Origin: Eledone cirrhosa
Lineage: Eukaryota
Length of the DNA stretch: 64,000 nt
Assembly (NCBI GenBank): GCA_964016885.1
Contig: OZ024742.1
Coordinates: 337,900,001 to 337,964,000 of the forward strand
Direction of reading: 5' to 3'
The position numbers and the translations under genes were made by a program. The stretch's first letter is position 1. Every line of letters starts with the position of its first letter. The notes under the pieces were generated by a model. The model ran no database searches. It worked only from the letters and a program-made list of their open reading frames with translations, and was not told where the DNA came from. This document shows, in pieces, positions 1 to 14,700 of this stretch.

Positions 1-2000
1 CATGCTGGGGCAGCACACTCTTTTACTGGTTTCATTCATTAGACTGCGGCCATGCTGGGGCAGCACACTCTTTTAGTGGTTTCATTCATTAGACTGTGGC
101 CATGCTGGGGCAGCACACTCTTTTACTGGTTTCATTCATTAGACTGCGGCCATGCTGGGGCAGCACACTCTTTTATTGGTTTCAGCCATTAGACTGTGGC
201 CATGCTGGGGCAGCACACTCTTTTATTGGTTTCATTCATTAGACTGAGGCCATGCTGGGGCAGCACACTCTTTTATTGGTTTCAGTCACGAGACTGATGC
301 CATGCTGGGGCAGCACACTCTTTTATTGGTTTCAGCCATTAGACTGTGGCCATGCTGGGGCAGCACACTCTTTTATTGGTTTCATTCATTAGACTGCGGC
401 CATGCTGGGGCAGCACACTCTTTTACTGGTTTCATTCATTAGACTGAGGCCATGCTGGGGCAGCACACTCTTTTACTGGTTTCAGCCATTAGACTGCGGC
501 CATGCTGGGGCAGCACACTCTTTTATTGGTTTCATTCATTAGACTGCGGCCATGCTGGGGCAGCACACTCTTTTACTGGTTTCATTCATTAGACTGCGGC
601 CATGCTGGGGCAGCACACTCTTTTACTGGTTTCAGCCATTAGACTGCGGCCATGCTGGGGCAGCACACTCTTTTACTGGTTTCAGCCATTAGACTGAGGC
701 CATGCTGGGGCAGCACACTCTTTTACTGGTTTCATTCATTAGACTGTAGCCATGCTGGGGCAGCACACTCTTTTATTGGTTTCATTCATTAGACTGTGGC
801 CATGCTGGGGCAGCACACTCTTTTAGTGGTTTCATTCATTAGACTGCGGCCATGCTGGGGCAGCACACTCTTTTACTGGTTTCAGCCATTAGACTGAGGC
901 CATGCTGGGGCAGCACACTCTTTTACTGGTTTCATTCATTAGACTGCGGCCATGCTGGGGCAGCACACTCTTTTACTGGTTTCATTCATTAGACTGCGGC
1001 CATGCTGGGGCAGCACACTCTTTTACTGGTTTCATTCATTAGACTGAGGCCATGCTGGGGCAGCACACTCTTTTACTGGTTTCATTCATTAGACTGCGGC
1101 CATGCTGGGGCAGCACACTCTTTTAGTGGTTTCATTCATTAGACTGTGGCCATGCTGGGGCAGCACACTCTTTTACTGGTTTCATTCATTAGACTGCGGC
1201 CATGCTGGGGCAGCACACTCTTTTATTGGTTTCAGCCATTAGACTGTGGCCATGCTGGGGCAGCACACTCTTTTATTGGTTTCATTCATTAGACTGAGGC
1301 CATGCTGGGGCAGCACACTCTTTTATTGGTTTCAGTCACGAGACTGATGCCATGCTGGGGCAGCACACTCTTTTATTGGTTTCAGCCATTAGACTGTGGC
1401 CATGCTGGGGCAGCACACTCTTTTATTGGTTTCATTCATTAGACTGCGGCCATGCTGGGGCAGCACACTCTTTTACTGGTTTCATTCATTAGACTGAGGC
1501 CATGCTGGGGCAGCACACTCTTTTATTGGTTTCAGCCATTAGACTGTGGCCATGCTGGGGCAGCACACTCTTTTATTGGTTTCATTCATTAGACTGAGGC
1601 CATGCTGGGGCAGCACACTCTTTTACTGGTTTCATTCATTAGACTGTAGCCATGCTGGGGCAGCACACTCTTTTACTGGTTTCATTCATTAGACTGTGGC
1701 CATGCTGGGGCAGCACACTCTTTTAGTGGTTTCATTCATTAGACTGCGGCCATGCTGGGGCAGCACACTCTTTTACTGGTTTCAGCCATTAGACTGTGGC
1801 CATGCTGGGGCAGCACACTCTTTTATTGGTTTCAGCCATTAGACTGTGGCCATGCTGGGGCAGCACACTCTTTTATTGGTTTCATTCATTAGACTGAGGC
1901 CATGCTGGGGCAGCACACTCTTTTACTGGTTTCATTCATTAGACTGTAGCCATGCTGGGGCAGCACACTCTTTTACTGGTTTCATTCATTAGACTGTGGC

Positions 2001-3450
2001 CATGCTGGGGCAGCACACTCTTTTAGTGGTTTCATTCATTAGACTGCGGCCATGCTGGGGCAGCACACTCTTTTACTGGTTTCAGCCATTAGACTGAGGC
2101 CATGCTGGGGCAGCACACTCTTTTACTGGTTTCATTCTTTAGACTGAGGCCATGCTGGGGCAGCACACTCTTTTATTGGTTTCAGCCATTAGACTGCGGC
2201 CATGCTGGGGCAGCACACTCTTTTACTGGTTTCATTCATTAGACTGAGGCCATGCTGGGGCAGCACACTCTTTTACTGGTTTCATTCTTTAGACTGAGGC
2301 CATGCTGGGGCAGCACACTCTTTTATTGGTTTCAGCCATTAGACTGTGGCCATGCTGGGGCAGCACACTCTTTTATTGGTTTCATTCTTTAGACTGAGGC
2401 CATGCTGGGGCAGCACACTCTTTTATTGGTTTCAGCCATTAGACTGCGGCCATGCTGGGGCAGCACACTCTTTTACTGGTTTCATTCATTAGACTGAGGC
2501 CATGCTGGGGCAGCACACTCTTTTACTGGTTTCATTCTTTAGACTGAGGCCATGCTGGGGCAGCACACTCTTTTATTGGTTTCAGCCATTAGACTGCGGC
2601 CATGCTGGGGCAGCACACTCTTTTACTGGTTTCAGCCATTAGACTGAGGCCATGCTGGGGCAGCACACTCTTTTACTGGTTTCATTCATTAGACTGTAGC
2701 CATGCTGGGGCAGCACACTCTTTTACTGGTTTCAGCCATTAGACTGAGGCCATGCTGGGGCAGCACACTCTTTTAGTGGTTTCATTCATTAGACTGCGGC
2801 CATGCTGGGGCAGCACACTCTTTTACTGGTTTCAGCCATTAGACTGAGGCCATGCTGGGGCAGCACACTCTTTTACTGGTTTCATTCTTTAGACTGAGGC
2901 CATGCTGGGGCAGCACACTCTTTTATTGGTTTCAGCCATTAGACTGCGGCCATGCTGGGGCAGCACACTCTTTTACTGGTTTCATTCATTAGACTGAGGC
3001 CATGCTGGGGCAGCACACTCTTTTACTGGTTTCATTCTTTAGACTGAGGCCATGCTGGGGCAGCACACTCTTTTATTGGTTTCAGCCATTAGACTGTGGC
3101 CATGCTGGGGCAGCACACTCTTTTATTGGTTTCATTCTTTAGACTGAGGCCATGCTGGGGCAGCACACTCTTTTATTGGTTTCAGCCATTAGACTGCGGC
3201 CATGCTGGGGCAGCACACTCTTTTACTGGTTTCATTCATTAGACTGAGGCCATGCTGGGGCAGCACACTCTTTTAGTGGTTTCATTCTTTAGACTGAGGC
3301 CATGCTGGGGCAGCACACTCTTTTATTGGTTTCAGCCATTAGACTGCGGCCATGCTGGGGCAGCACACTCTTTTACTGGTTTCAGCCATTAGACTGAGGC
3401 CATGCTGGGGCAGCACACTCTTTTACTGGTTTCATTCATTAGACTGCGGC
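2001..3450. repeat. About 750-bp tandem duplication in a domain rich in the TTCTTT (A38T) variant
   Basis: The variant order starting at 2101 (ttct/A47, T26-gc/C47, tt/A47, ttct/A47, T26-gc/T47 ...) recurs at 2851, an offset of 15 monomers. Confidence 0.75.
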
Positions 3451-3850
3451 CATGCTGGGGCAGCACACTCTTTTACTGGTTTCATTCATTAGACTGCGGC
3501 CATGCTGGGGCAGCACACTCTTTTACTGGTTTCATTCATTAGACTGAGGCCATGCTGGGGCAGCACACTCTTTTACTGGTTTCATTCATTAGACTGCGGC
3601 CATGCTGGGGCAGCACACTCTTTTACTGGTTTCATTCATTAGACTGAGGCCATGCTGGGGCAGCACACTCTTTTACTGGTTTCATTCTTTAGACTGAGGC
3701 CATGCTGGGGCAGCACACTCTTTTACTGGTTTCATTCATTAGACTGTGGCCATGCTGGGGCAGCACACTCTTTTACTGGTTTCATTCATTAGACTGCGGC
3801 CATGCTGGGGCAGCACACTCTTTTACTGGTTTCATTCATTAGACTGCGGC

Positions 3851-4450
3851 CATGCTGGGGCCGCACACTCTTTTACTGGTTTCATTCATTAGACTGCGGC
3901 CATGCTGGGGCAGCACACTCTTTTACTGGTTTCATTCATTAGACTGCGGCCATGCTGGGGCAGCACACTCTTTTACTGGTTTCATTCATTAGACTGCGGC
4001 CATGCTGGGGCCGCACACTCTTTTACTGGTTTCATTCATTAGACTGCGGCCATGCTGGGGCAGCACACTCTTTTACTGGTTTCATTCATTAGACTGCGGC
4101 CATGCTGGGGCAGCACACTCTTTTACTGGTTTCATTCATTAGACTGCGGCCATGCTGGGGCCGCACACTCTTTTACTGGTTTCATTCATTAGACTGCGGC
4201 CATGCTGGGGCAGCACACTCTTTTACTGGTTTCATTCATTAGACTGCGGCCATGCTGGGGCAGCACACTCTTTTACTGGTTTCATTCATTAGACTGCGGC
4301 CATGCTGGGGCCGCACACTCTTTTACTGGTTTCATTCATTAGACTGCGGCCATGCTGGGGCAGCACACTCTTTTACTGGTTTCATTCATTAGACTGCGGC
4401 CATGCTGGGGCAGCACACTCTTTTACTGGTTTCATTCATTAGACTGCGGC
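3851..4450. repeat. 150-bp (3-monomer) higher-order repeat, 4 copies
   Basis: The variant CCGCACACTC (A12C) occurs at 3861, 4011, 4161 and 4311, exactly every third monomer, among consensus monomers. Confidence 0.9.
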
Positions 4451-5500
4451 CATGCTGGGGCAGCACACTCTTTTACTGGTTTCGTTCATTAGACTGAGGC
4501 CATGCTGGGGCAGCACACTCTTTTACTGGTTTCAGTCATTAGACTGCGGCCATGTTGGGGCAGCACACTCTTTTACTGGTTTCATTCATTACACTGTGGC
4601 CATGCTGGGGCAGCACACTCTTTTACTGGTTTCATTCATTACACTGTGGCCATGCTGGGGCAGCACACTCTTTTACTGGTTTCAGCCATTAGACTGCGGC
4701 CATGCTGGGGCAGCACACTCTTTTACTGGTTTCAGCCATTAGACTGCGGCCATGCTGGGGCAGCACACTCTTTTACTGGTTTCAGTCATTAGACTGCGGC
4801 CATGTTGGGGCAGCACACTCTTTTACTGGTTTCATTAATTACACTGTGGCCATGTTGGGGCAGCACACTCTTTTACTGGTTTCATTCATTACACTGTGGC
4901 CATGCTGGGGCAGCACACTCTTTTACTGGTTTCAGCCATTAGACTGCGGCCATGCTGGGGCAGCACACTCTTTTACTGGTTTCAGCCATTAGACTGCGGC
5001 CATGCTGGGGCAGCACACTCTTTTACTGGTTTCAGCCATTAGACTGCGGCCATGCTGGGGCAGCACACTCTTTTACTGGTTTCATTCTTTAGACTGTGGC
5101 CATGCTGGGGCAGCACACTCTTTTACTGGTTTCATTCTTTAGACTGTGGCCATGCTGGGGCAGCACACTCTTTTACTGGTTTCATTCATTAGACTGCGGC
5201 CATGCTGGGGCAGCACACTCTTTTACTGGTTTCAGCCATTAGACTGCGGCCATGCTAGGGCAGCACACTCTTTTACTGGTTTCAGCCATTAGACTGCGGC
5301 CATGCTGGGGCAGCACACTCTTTTACTGGTTTCATTCTTTAGACTGTGGCCATGCTGGGGCAGCACACTCTTTTACTGGTTTCATTCATTAGACTGCGGC
5401 CATGCTGGGGCAGCACACTCTTTTACTGGTTTCAGCCATTAGACTGCGGCCATGCTGGGGCAGCACACTCTTTTACTGGTTTCATTCATTAGACTGTGGC

Positions 5501-8500
5501 CATGCTGGGGCAGCACACTCTTTTACTGGTTTCATTCATTAGACTGCGGCCATGCTGGGGCAGCACACTCTTTTACTGGTTTCATTCATTAGACTGCGGC
5601 CATGCTGGGGCAGCACACTCTTTTACTGGTTTCATTCATTAGAGTGTAGCCATGCTGGGGCAGCACACTCTTTTACTGGTTTCAGCCATTAGACTGCGGC
5701 CATGCTGGGGCAGCACACTCTTTTACTGGTTTCATTCGTTAGACTGCGGCCATGCTGGGGCAGCACACTCTTTTACTGGTTTCAGCCATTAGACTGCGGC
5801 CATGCTGGGGCAGCACACTCTTTTACTGGTTTCATTCTTTAGACTGTGGCCATGCTGGGGCAGCACACTCTTTTACTGGTTTCATTCATTAGACTGCGGC
5901 CATGCTGGGGCAGCACACTCTTTTACTGGTTTCAGCCATTAGACTGTGGCCATGCTGGGGCAGCACACTCTTTTATTGGTTTCATTCATTAGACTGAGGC
6001 CATGCTGGGGCAGCACACTCTTTTACTGGTTTCATTCATTAGACTGCGGCCATGCTGGGGCAGCACACTCTTTTACTGGTTTCAGCCATTACACTGTGGC
6101 CATGCTGGGGCAGCACACTCTTTTATTGGTTTCATTCATTAGACTGAGGCCATGCTGGGGCAGCACACTCTTTTACTGGTTTCATTCATTAGACTGCGGC
6201 CATGCTGGGGCAGCACACTCTTTTACTGGTTTCATTCATTAGACTGCGGCCATGCTGGGGCAGCACACTCTTTTACTGGTTTCATTCATTAGACTGTGGC
6301 CATGCTGGGGCAGCACACTCTTTTATTGGTTTCATTCATTAGACTGAGGCCATGCTGGGGCAGCACACTCTTTTATTGGTTTCAGTCACGAGACTGATGC
6401 CATGCTGGGGCAGCACACTCTTTTATTGGTTTCAGCCATTAGACTGTGGCCATGCTGGGGCAGCACACTCTTTTATTGGTTTCATTCATTAGACTGCGGC
6501 CATGCTGGGGCAGCACACTCTTTTACTGGTTTCATTCATTAGACTGAGGCCATGCTGGGGCAGCACACTCTTTTACTGGTTTCATTCATTAGACTGCGGC
6601 CATGCTGGGGCAGCACACTCTTTTATTGGTTTCATTCATTAGACTGAGGCCATGCTGGGGCAGCACACTCTTTTACTGGTTTCAGCCATTAGACTGTGGC
6701 CATGCTGGGGCAGCACACTCTTTTATTGGTTTCATTCATTAGACTGTGGCCATGCTGGGGCAGCACACTCTTTTATTGGTTTCATTCATTAGACTGCGGC
6801 CATGCTGGGGCAGCACACTCTTTTATTGGTTTCAGCCATTAGACTGTGGCCATGCTGGGGCAGCACACTCTTTTATTGGTTTCATTCATTAGACTGAGGC
6901 CATGCTGGGGCAGCACACTCTTTTACTGGTTTCATTCATTAGACTGCGGCCATGCTGGGGCAGCACACTCTTTTAGTGGTTTCATTCATTAGACTGTGGC
7001 CATGCTGGGGCAGCACACTCTTTTACTGGTTTCATTCATTAGACTGCGGCCATGCTGGGGCAGCACACTCTTTTATTGGTTTCAGCCATTAGACTGTGGC
7101 CATGCTGGGGCAGCACACTCTTTTATTGGTTTCATTCATTAGACTGAGGCCATGCTGGGGCAGCACACTCTTTTATTGGTTTCAGCCATTAGACTGTGGC
7201 CATGCTGGGGCAGCACACTCTTTTATTGGTTTCATTCATTAGACTGAGGCCATGCTGGGGCAGCACACTCTTTTATTGGTTTCAGCCATTAGACTGTAGC
7301 CATGCTGGGGCAGCACACTCTTTTACTGGTTTCATTCATTAGACTGCGGCCATGCTGGGGCAGCACACTCTTTTATTGGTTTCATTCATTAGACTGCGGC
7401 CATGCTGGGGCAGCACACTCTTTTACTGGTTTCATTCATTAGACTGCGGCCATGCTGGGGCAGCACACTCTTTTACTGGTTTCATTCATTAGACTGCGGC
7501 CATGCTGGGGCAGCACACTCTTTTACTGGTTTCATTCATTAGACTGCGGCCATGCTGGGGCAGCACACTCTTTTACTGGTTTCATTCATTAGACTGCGGC
7601 CATGCTGGGGCAGCACACTCTTTTACTGGTTTCAGCCATTAGACTGAGGCCATGCTGGGGCAGCACACTCTTTTACTGGTTTCATTCATTAGACTGCGGC
7701 CATGCTGGGGCAGCACACTCTTTTACTGGTTTCATTCATTAGACTGCGGCCATGCTGGGGCAGCACACTCTTTTACTGGTTTCATTCATTAGACTGAGGC
7801 CATGCTGGGGCAGCACACTCTTTTACTGGTTTCATTCATTAGACTGCGGCCATGCTGGGGCAGCACACTCTTTTACTGGTTTCAGCCATTAGACTGAGGC
7901 CATGCTGGGGCAGCACACTCTTTTACTGGTTTCATTCATTAGACTGCGGCCATGCTGGGGCAGCACACTCTTTTACTGGTTTCATTCATTAGACTGCGGC
8001 CATGCTGGGGCAGCACACTCTTTTACTGGTTTCATTCATTAGACTGAGGCCATGCTGGGGCAGCACACTCTTTTACTGGTTTCATTCATTAGACTGCGGC
8101 CATGCTGGGGCAGCACACTCTTTTACTGGTTTCATTCATTAGACTGCGGCCATGCTGGGGCAGCACACTCTTTTACTGGTTTCATTCATTAGACTGCGGC
8201 CATGCTGGGGCCGCACACTCTTTTACTGGTTTCATTCATTAGACTGCGGCCATGCTGGGGCAGCACACTCTTTTACTGGTTTCATTCATTAGACTGCGGC
8301 CATGCTGGGGCAGCACACTCTTTTACTGGTTTCATTCATTAGACTGCGGCCATGCTGGGGCAGCACACTCTTTTACTGGTTTCAGCCATTAGACTGAGGC
8401 CATGCTGGGGCAGCACACTCTTTTACTGGTTTCGTTCATTAGACTGAGGCCATGCTGGGGCAGCACACTCTTTTACTGGTTTCAGTCATTAGACTGCGGC

Positions 8501-11500
8501 CATGTTGGGGCAGCACACTCTTTTACTGGTTTCATTCATTAGACTGTGGCCATGCTGGGGCAGCACACTCTTTTACTGGTTTCATTCATTAGACTGTGGC
8601 CATCCTGGGGCAGCACACTCTTTTACTAGTTTCATTCATTAGACTGTGGCCATGCTGGGGCAGCACACTCTTTTACTGGTTTCATTCATTAGACTGCGGC
8701 CATGCTGGGGCAGCACACTCTTTTACTGGTTTCATTCATTAGACTGCGGCCATGCTGGGGCAGCACACTCTTTTACTGGTTTCATTCATTAGAGTGTAGC
8801 CATGCTGGGGCAGCACACTCTTTTACTGGTTTCAGCCATTAGACTGCGGCCATGCTGGGGCAGCACACTCTTTTACTGGTTTCATTCGTTAGACTGCGGC
8901 CATGCTGGGGCAGCACACTCTTTTACTGGTTTCAGCCATTAGACTGCGGCCATGCTGGGGCAGCACACTCTTTTACTGGTTTCATTCTTTAGACTGTGGC
9001 CATGCTGGGGCAGCACACTCTTTTACTGGTTTCATTCATTAGACTGCGGCCATGCTGGGGCAGCACACTCTTTTACTGGTTTCAGCCATTAGACTGTGGC
9101 CATGCTGGGGCAGCACACTCTTTTATTGGTTTCATTCATTAGACTGAGGCCATGCTGGGGCAGCACACTCTTTTACTGGTTTCATTCATTAGACTGCGGC
9201 CATGCTGGGGCAGCACACTCTTTTACTGGTTTCAGCCATTACACTGTGGCCATGCTGGGGCAGCACACTCTTTTATTGGTTTCATTCATTAGACTGAGGC
9301 CATGCTGGGGCAGCACACTCTTTTACTGGTTTCATTCATTAGACTGCGGCCATGCTGGGGCAGCACACTCTTTTACTGGTTTCATTCATTAGACTGCGGC
9401 CATGCTGGGGCAGCACACTCTTTTACTGGTTTCATTCATTAGACTGTGGCCATGCTGGGGCAGCACACTCTTTTATTGGTTTCATTCATTAGACTGAGGC
9501 CATGCTGGGGCAGCACACTCTTTTATTGGTTTCAGTCACGAGACTGATGCCATGCTGGGGCAGCACACTCTTTTATTGGTTTCAGCCATTAGACTGTGGC
9601 CATGCTGGGGCAGCACACTCTTTTATTGGTTTCATTCATTAGACTGCGGCCATGCTGGGGCAGCACACTCTTTTACTGGTTTCATTCATTAGACTGAGGC
9701 CATGCTGGGGCAGCACACTCTTTTACTGGTTTCATTCATTAGACTGCGGCCATGCTGGGGCAGCACACTCTTTTATTGGTTTCATTCATTAGACTGTGGC
9801 CATGCTGGGGCAGCACACTCTTTTACTGGTTTCAGCCATTAGACTGTGGCCATGCTGGGGCAGCACACTCTTTTATTGGTTTCATTCATTAGACTGTGGC
9901 CATGCTGGGGCAGCACACTCTTTTATTGGTTTCATTCATTAGACTGCGGCCATGCTGGGGCAGCACACTCTTTTATTGGTTTCAGCCATTAGACTGTGGC
10001 CATGCTGGGGCAGCACACTCTTTTATTGGTTTCATTCATTAGACTGAGGCCATGCTGGGGCAGCACACTCTTTTACTGGTTTCATTCATTAGACTGCGGC
10101 CATGCTGGGGCAGCACACTCTTTTAGTGGTTTCATTCATTAGACTGTGGCCATGCTGGGGCAGCACACTCTTTTACTGGTTTCATTCATTAGACTGCGGC
10201 CATGCTGGGGCAGCACACTCTTTTATTGGTTTCAGCCATTAGACTGTGGCCATGCTGGGGCAGCACACTCTTTTATTGGTTTCATTCATTAGACTGAGGC
10301 CATGCTGGGGCAGCACACTCTTTTATTGGTTTCAGCCATTAGACTGTGGCCATGCTGGGGCAGCACACTCTTTTATTGGTTTCATTCATTAGACTGAGGC
10401 CATGCTGGGGCAGCACACTCTTTTATTGGTTTCAGCCATTAGACTGTAGCCATGCTGGGGCAGCACACTCTTTTACTGGTTTCATTCATTAGACTGCGGC
10501 CATGCTGGGGCAGCACACTCTTTTATTGGTTTCATTCATTAGACTGCGGCCATGCTGGGGCAGCACACTCTTTTACTGGTTTCATTCATTAGACTGCGGC
10601 CATGCTGGGGCAGCACACTCTTTTACTGGTTTCATTCATTAGACTGCGGCCATGCTGGGGCAGCACACTCTTTTACTGGTTTCATTCATTAGACTGCGGC
10701 CATGCTGGGGCAGCACACTCTTTTACTGGTTTCATTCATTAGACTGCGGCCATGCTGGGGCAGCACACTCTTTTACTGGTTTCAGCCATTAGACTGAGGC
10801 CATGCTGGGGCAGCACACTCTTTTACTGGTTTCATTCATTAGACTGCGGCCATGCTGGGGCAGCACACTCTTTTACTGGTTTCATTCATTAGACTGCGGC
10901 CATGCTGGGGCAGCACACTCTTTTACTGGTTTCATTCATTAGACTGAGGCCATGCTGGGGCAGCACACTCTTTTACTGGTTTCATTCATTAGACTGCGGC
11001 CATGCTGGGGCAGCACACTCTTTTACTGGTTTCAGCCATTAGACTGAGGCCATGCTGGGGCAGCACACTCTTTTACTGGTTTCATTCATTAGACTGCGGC
11101 CATGCTGGGGCAGCACACTCTTTTACTGGTTTCATTCATTAGACTGCGGCCATGCTGGGGCAGCACACTCTTTTACTGGTTTCATTCATTAGACTGAGGC
11201 CATGCTGGGGCAGCACACTCTTTTACTGGTTTCATTCATTAGACTGCGGCCATGCTGGGGCAGCACACTCTTTTACTGGTTTCATTCATTAGACTGCGGC
11301 CATGCTGGGGCAGCACACTCTTTTACTGGTTTCATTCATTAGACTGCGGCCATGCTGGGGCCGCACACTCTTTTACTGGTTTCATTCATTAGACTGCGGC
11401 CATGCTGGGGCAGCACACTCTTTTACTGGTTTCATTCATTAGACTGCGGCCATGCTGGGGCAGCACACTCTTTTACTGGTTTCATTCATTAGACTGCGGC

Positions 11501-11790
11501 CATGCTGGGGCAGCACACTCTTTTACTGGTTTCAGCCATTAGACTGAGGCCATGCTGGGGCAGCACACTCTTTTACTGGTTTCGTTCATTAGACTGAGGC
11601 CATGCTGGGGCAGCACACTCTTTTACTGGTTTCAGTCATTAGACTGCGGCCATGTTGGGGCAGCACACTCTTTTACTGGTTTCATTCATTAGACTGTGGC
11701 CATGCTGGGGCAGCACACTCTTTTACTGGTTTCATTCATTAGACTGTGGCCATCCTGGGGCAGCACACTCTTTTACTAGTTTCATTCATT
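5501..11790. repeat. 3150-bp (63-monomer) tandem duplication: ~5501-8650 and ~8651-11790
   Basis: Rare markers pair at offset 3150: AGAGTGTAGC 5641/8791, TTCATTCGTT 5731/8881, GTCACG monomer 6351/9501, CCGCAC 8211/11361 and CATCCT 8601/11751. Identical ORFs start at 5946 and 9096. Confidence 0.93.
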
Positions 11791-14700
11791 AGACTGCGGC
11801 CATGCTGGGGCAGCACACTCTTTTACTGGTTTCATTCATTAGACTGCGGCCATGCTGGGGCAGCACACTCTTTTACTGGTTTCATTCATTACACTGTGGC
11901 CATGCTGGGGCAGCACACTCTTTTACTGGTTTCATTCATTAGACTGTGGCCATGCTGGGGCAGCACACTCTTTTACTGGTTTCATTCATTCATTAGACTG
12001 TGGCCATGCTGGGGCAGCACACTCTTTTACTGGTTTCATTCATTCATTAGACTGTGGCCATGCTGGGGCAGCACACTCTTTTACTGGTTTCAGCCATTAG
12101 ACTGTGGCCATGCTGGGGCAGCACACTCTTTTACTGGTTTCATTCATTAGACTGCGGCCATGCTGGGGCAGCACACTCTTTTACTGGTTTCATTCATTAG
12201 ACTGTGGCCATGCTGGGGCAGCACACTCTTTTACTGGTTTCATTCATTAGACTGCGGCCATGCTGGGGCAGCACACTCTTTTACTGGTTTCATTCTTTTG
12301 ACTGTGGCCATGCTGGGGCAGCACACTCTTTTACTGGTTTCATTCATTAGACTGCGGCCATGCTGGGGCAGCACACTCTTTTACTGGTTTCAGCCATTAG
12401 ACTGCGGCCATGCTGGGGCAGCAGACTCTTTTACTGGTTTCATTCATTAGACTGCGGCCATGCTGGGGCAGCACACTCTTTTACTGGTTTCAGCCATTAG
12501 ACTGTGGCCATGCTGGGGCAGCACACTCTTTTATTGGTTTCATTCATTAGACTGAGGCCATGCTGGGGCAGCACACTCTTTTACTGGTTTCATTCATTAG
12601 ACTGCGGCCATGCTGGGGCCGCACACTCTTTTACTGGTTTCATTCATTAGACTGCGGCCATGCTGGGGCAGCACACTCTTTTACTGGTTTCATTCATTAG
12701 ACTGCGGCCATGCTGGGGCAGCACACTCTTTTACTGGTTTCATTCATTAGACTGCGGCCATGCTGGGGCAGCACACTCTTTTACTGGTTTCGTTCATTAG
12801 ACTGAGGCCATGCTGGGGCAGCACACTCTTTTACTGGTTTCAGTCATTAGACTGCGGCCATGTTGGGGCAGCACACTCTTTTACTGGTTTCATTCATTAG
12901 ACTGTGGCCATGCTGGGGCAGCACACTCTTTTACTGGTTTCATTCATTAGACTGTGGCCATCCTGGGGCAGCACACTCTTTTACTAGTTTCATTCATTAG
13001 ACTGCGGCCATGCTGGGGCAGCACACTCTTTTACTGGTTTCATTCATTAGACTGCGGCCATGCTGGGGCAGCACACTCTTTTACTGGTTTCATTCATTAC
13101 ACTGTGGCCATGCTGGGGCAGCACACTCTTTTACTGGTTTCATTCATTCATTAGACTGTGGCCATGCTGGGGCAGCACACTCTTTTACTGGTTTCATTCA
13201 TTCATTAGACTGTGGCCATGCTGGGGCAGCACACTCTTTTACTGGTTTCAGCCATTAGACTGTGGCCATGCTGGGGCAGCACACTCTTTTACTGGTTTCA
13301 TTCATTCATTAGACTGTGGCCATGCTGGGGCAGCACACTCTTTTACTGGTTTCATTCATTCATTAGACTGTGGCCATGCTGGGGCAGCACACTCTTTTAC
13401 TGGTTTCAGCCATTAGACTGTGGCCATGCTGGGGCAGCACACTCTTTTACTGGTTTCATTCATTAGACTGCGGCCATGCTGGGGCAGCACACTCTTTTAC
13501 TGGTTTCATTCTTTTGACTGTGGCCATGCTGGGGCAGCACACTCTTTTACTGGTTTCATTCATTAGACTGCGGCCATGCTGGGGCAGCACACTCTTTTAC
13601 TGGTTTCAGCCATTAGACTGCGGCCATGCTGGGGCAGCACACTCTTTTACTGGTTTCAGCCATTAGACTGCGGCCATGCTGGGGCAGCACACTCTTTTAC
13701 TGGTTTCATTCATTAGACTGCGGCCATGCTGGGGCAGCACACTCTTTTACTGGTTTCAGCCATTAGACTGTGGCCATGCTGGGGCAGCACACTCTTTTAT
13801 TGGTTTCATTCATTAGACTGAGGCCATGCTGGGGCAGCACACTCTTTTACTGGTTTCATTCATTAGACTGCGGCCATGCTGGGGCAGCACACTCTTTTAC
13901 TGGTTTCAGCCATTAGACTGTGGCCATGCTGGGGCAGCACACTCTTTTATTGGTTTCATTCATTAGACTGAGGCCATGCTGGGGCAGCACACTCTTTTAC
14001 TGGTTTCATTCATTAGACTGTGGCCATGCTGGGGCAGCACACTCTTTTATTGGTTTCATTCTTTAGACTGTGGCCATGCTGGGGCAGCACACTCTTTTAC
14101 TGGTTTCATTCATTAGACTGCGGCCATGCTGGGGCAGCACACTCTTTTACTGGTTTCAGCCATTAGACTGTGGCCATGCTGGGGCAGCACACTCTTTTAT
14201 TGGTTTCATTCATTAGACTGAGGCCATGCTGGGGCAGCACACTCTTTTATTGGTTTCAGTCACGAGACTGATGCCATGCTGGGGCAGCACACTCTTTTAT
14301 TGGTTTCAGCCATTAGACTGTGGCCATGCTGGGGCAGCACACTCTTTTATTGGTTTCATTCATTAGACTGCGGCCATGCTGGGGCAGCACACTCTTTTAC
14401 TGGTTTCATTCATTAGACTGAGGCCATGCTGGGGCAGCACACTCTTTTACTGGTTTCATTCATTAGACTGCGGCCATGCTGGGGCAGCACACTCTTTTAG
14501 TGGTTTCATTCATTAGACTGTGGCCATGCTGGGGCAGCACACTCTTTTACTGGTTTCATTCATTAGACTGCGGCCATGCTGGGGCAGCACACTCTTTTAT
14601 TGGTTTCAGCCATTAGACTGTGGCCATGCTGGGGCAGCACACTCTTTTATTGGTTTCATTCATTAGACTGAGGCCATGCTGGGGCAGCACACTCTTTTAT

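Noticed and set aside
168-186. Splice-acceptor-like CTCTTTTAYTGGTTTCAG in GC/GT35 monomers
   Set aside because: It is repeated hundreds of times with no exon or donor context, which is expected by chance in a pyrimidine-rich tract.
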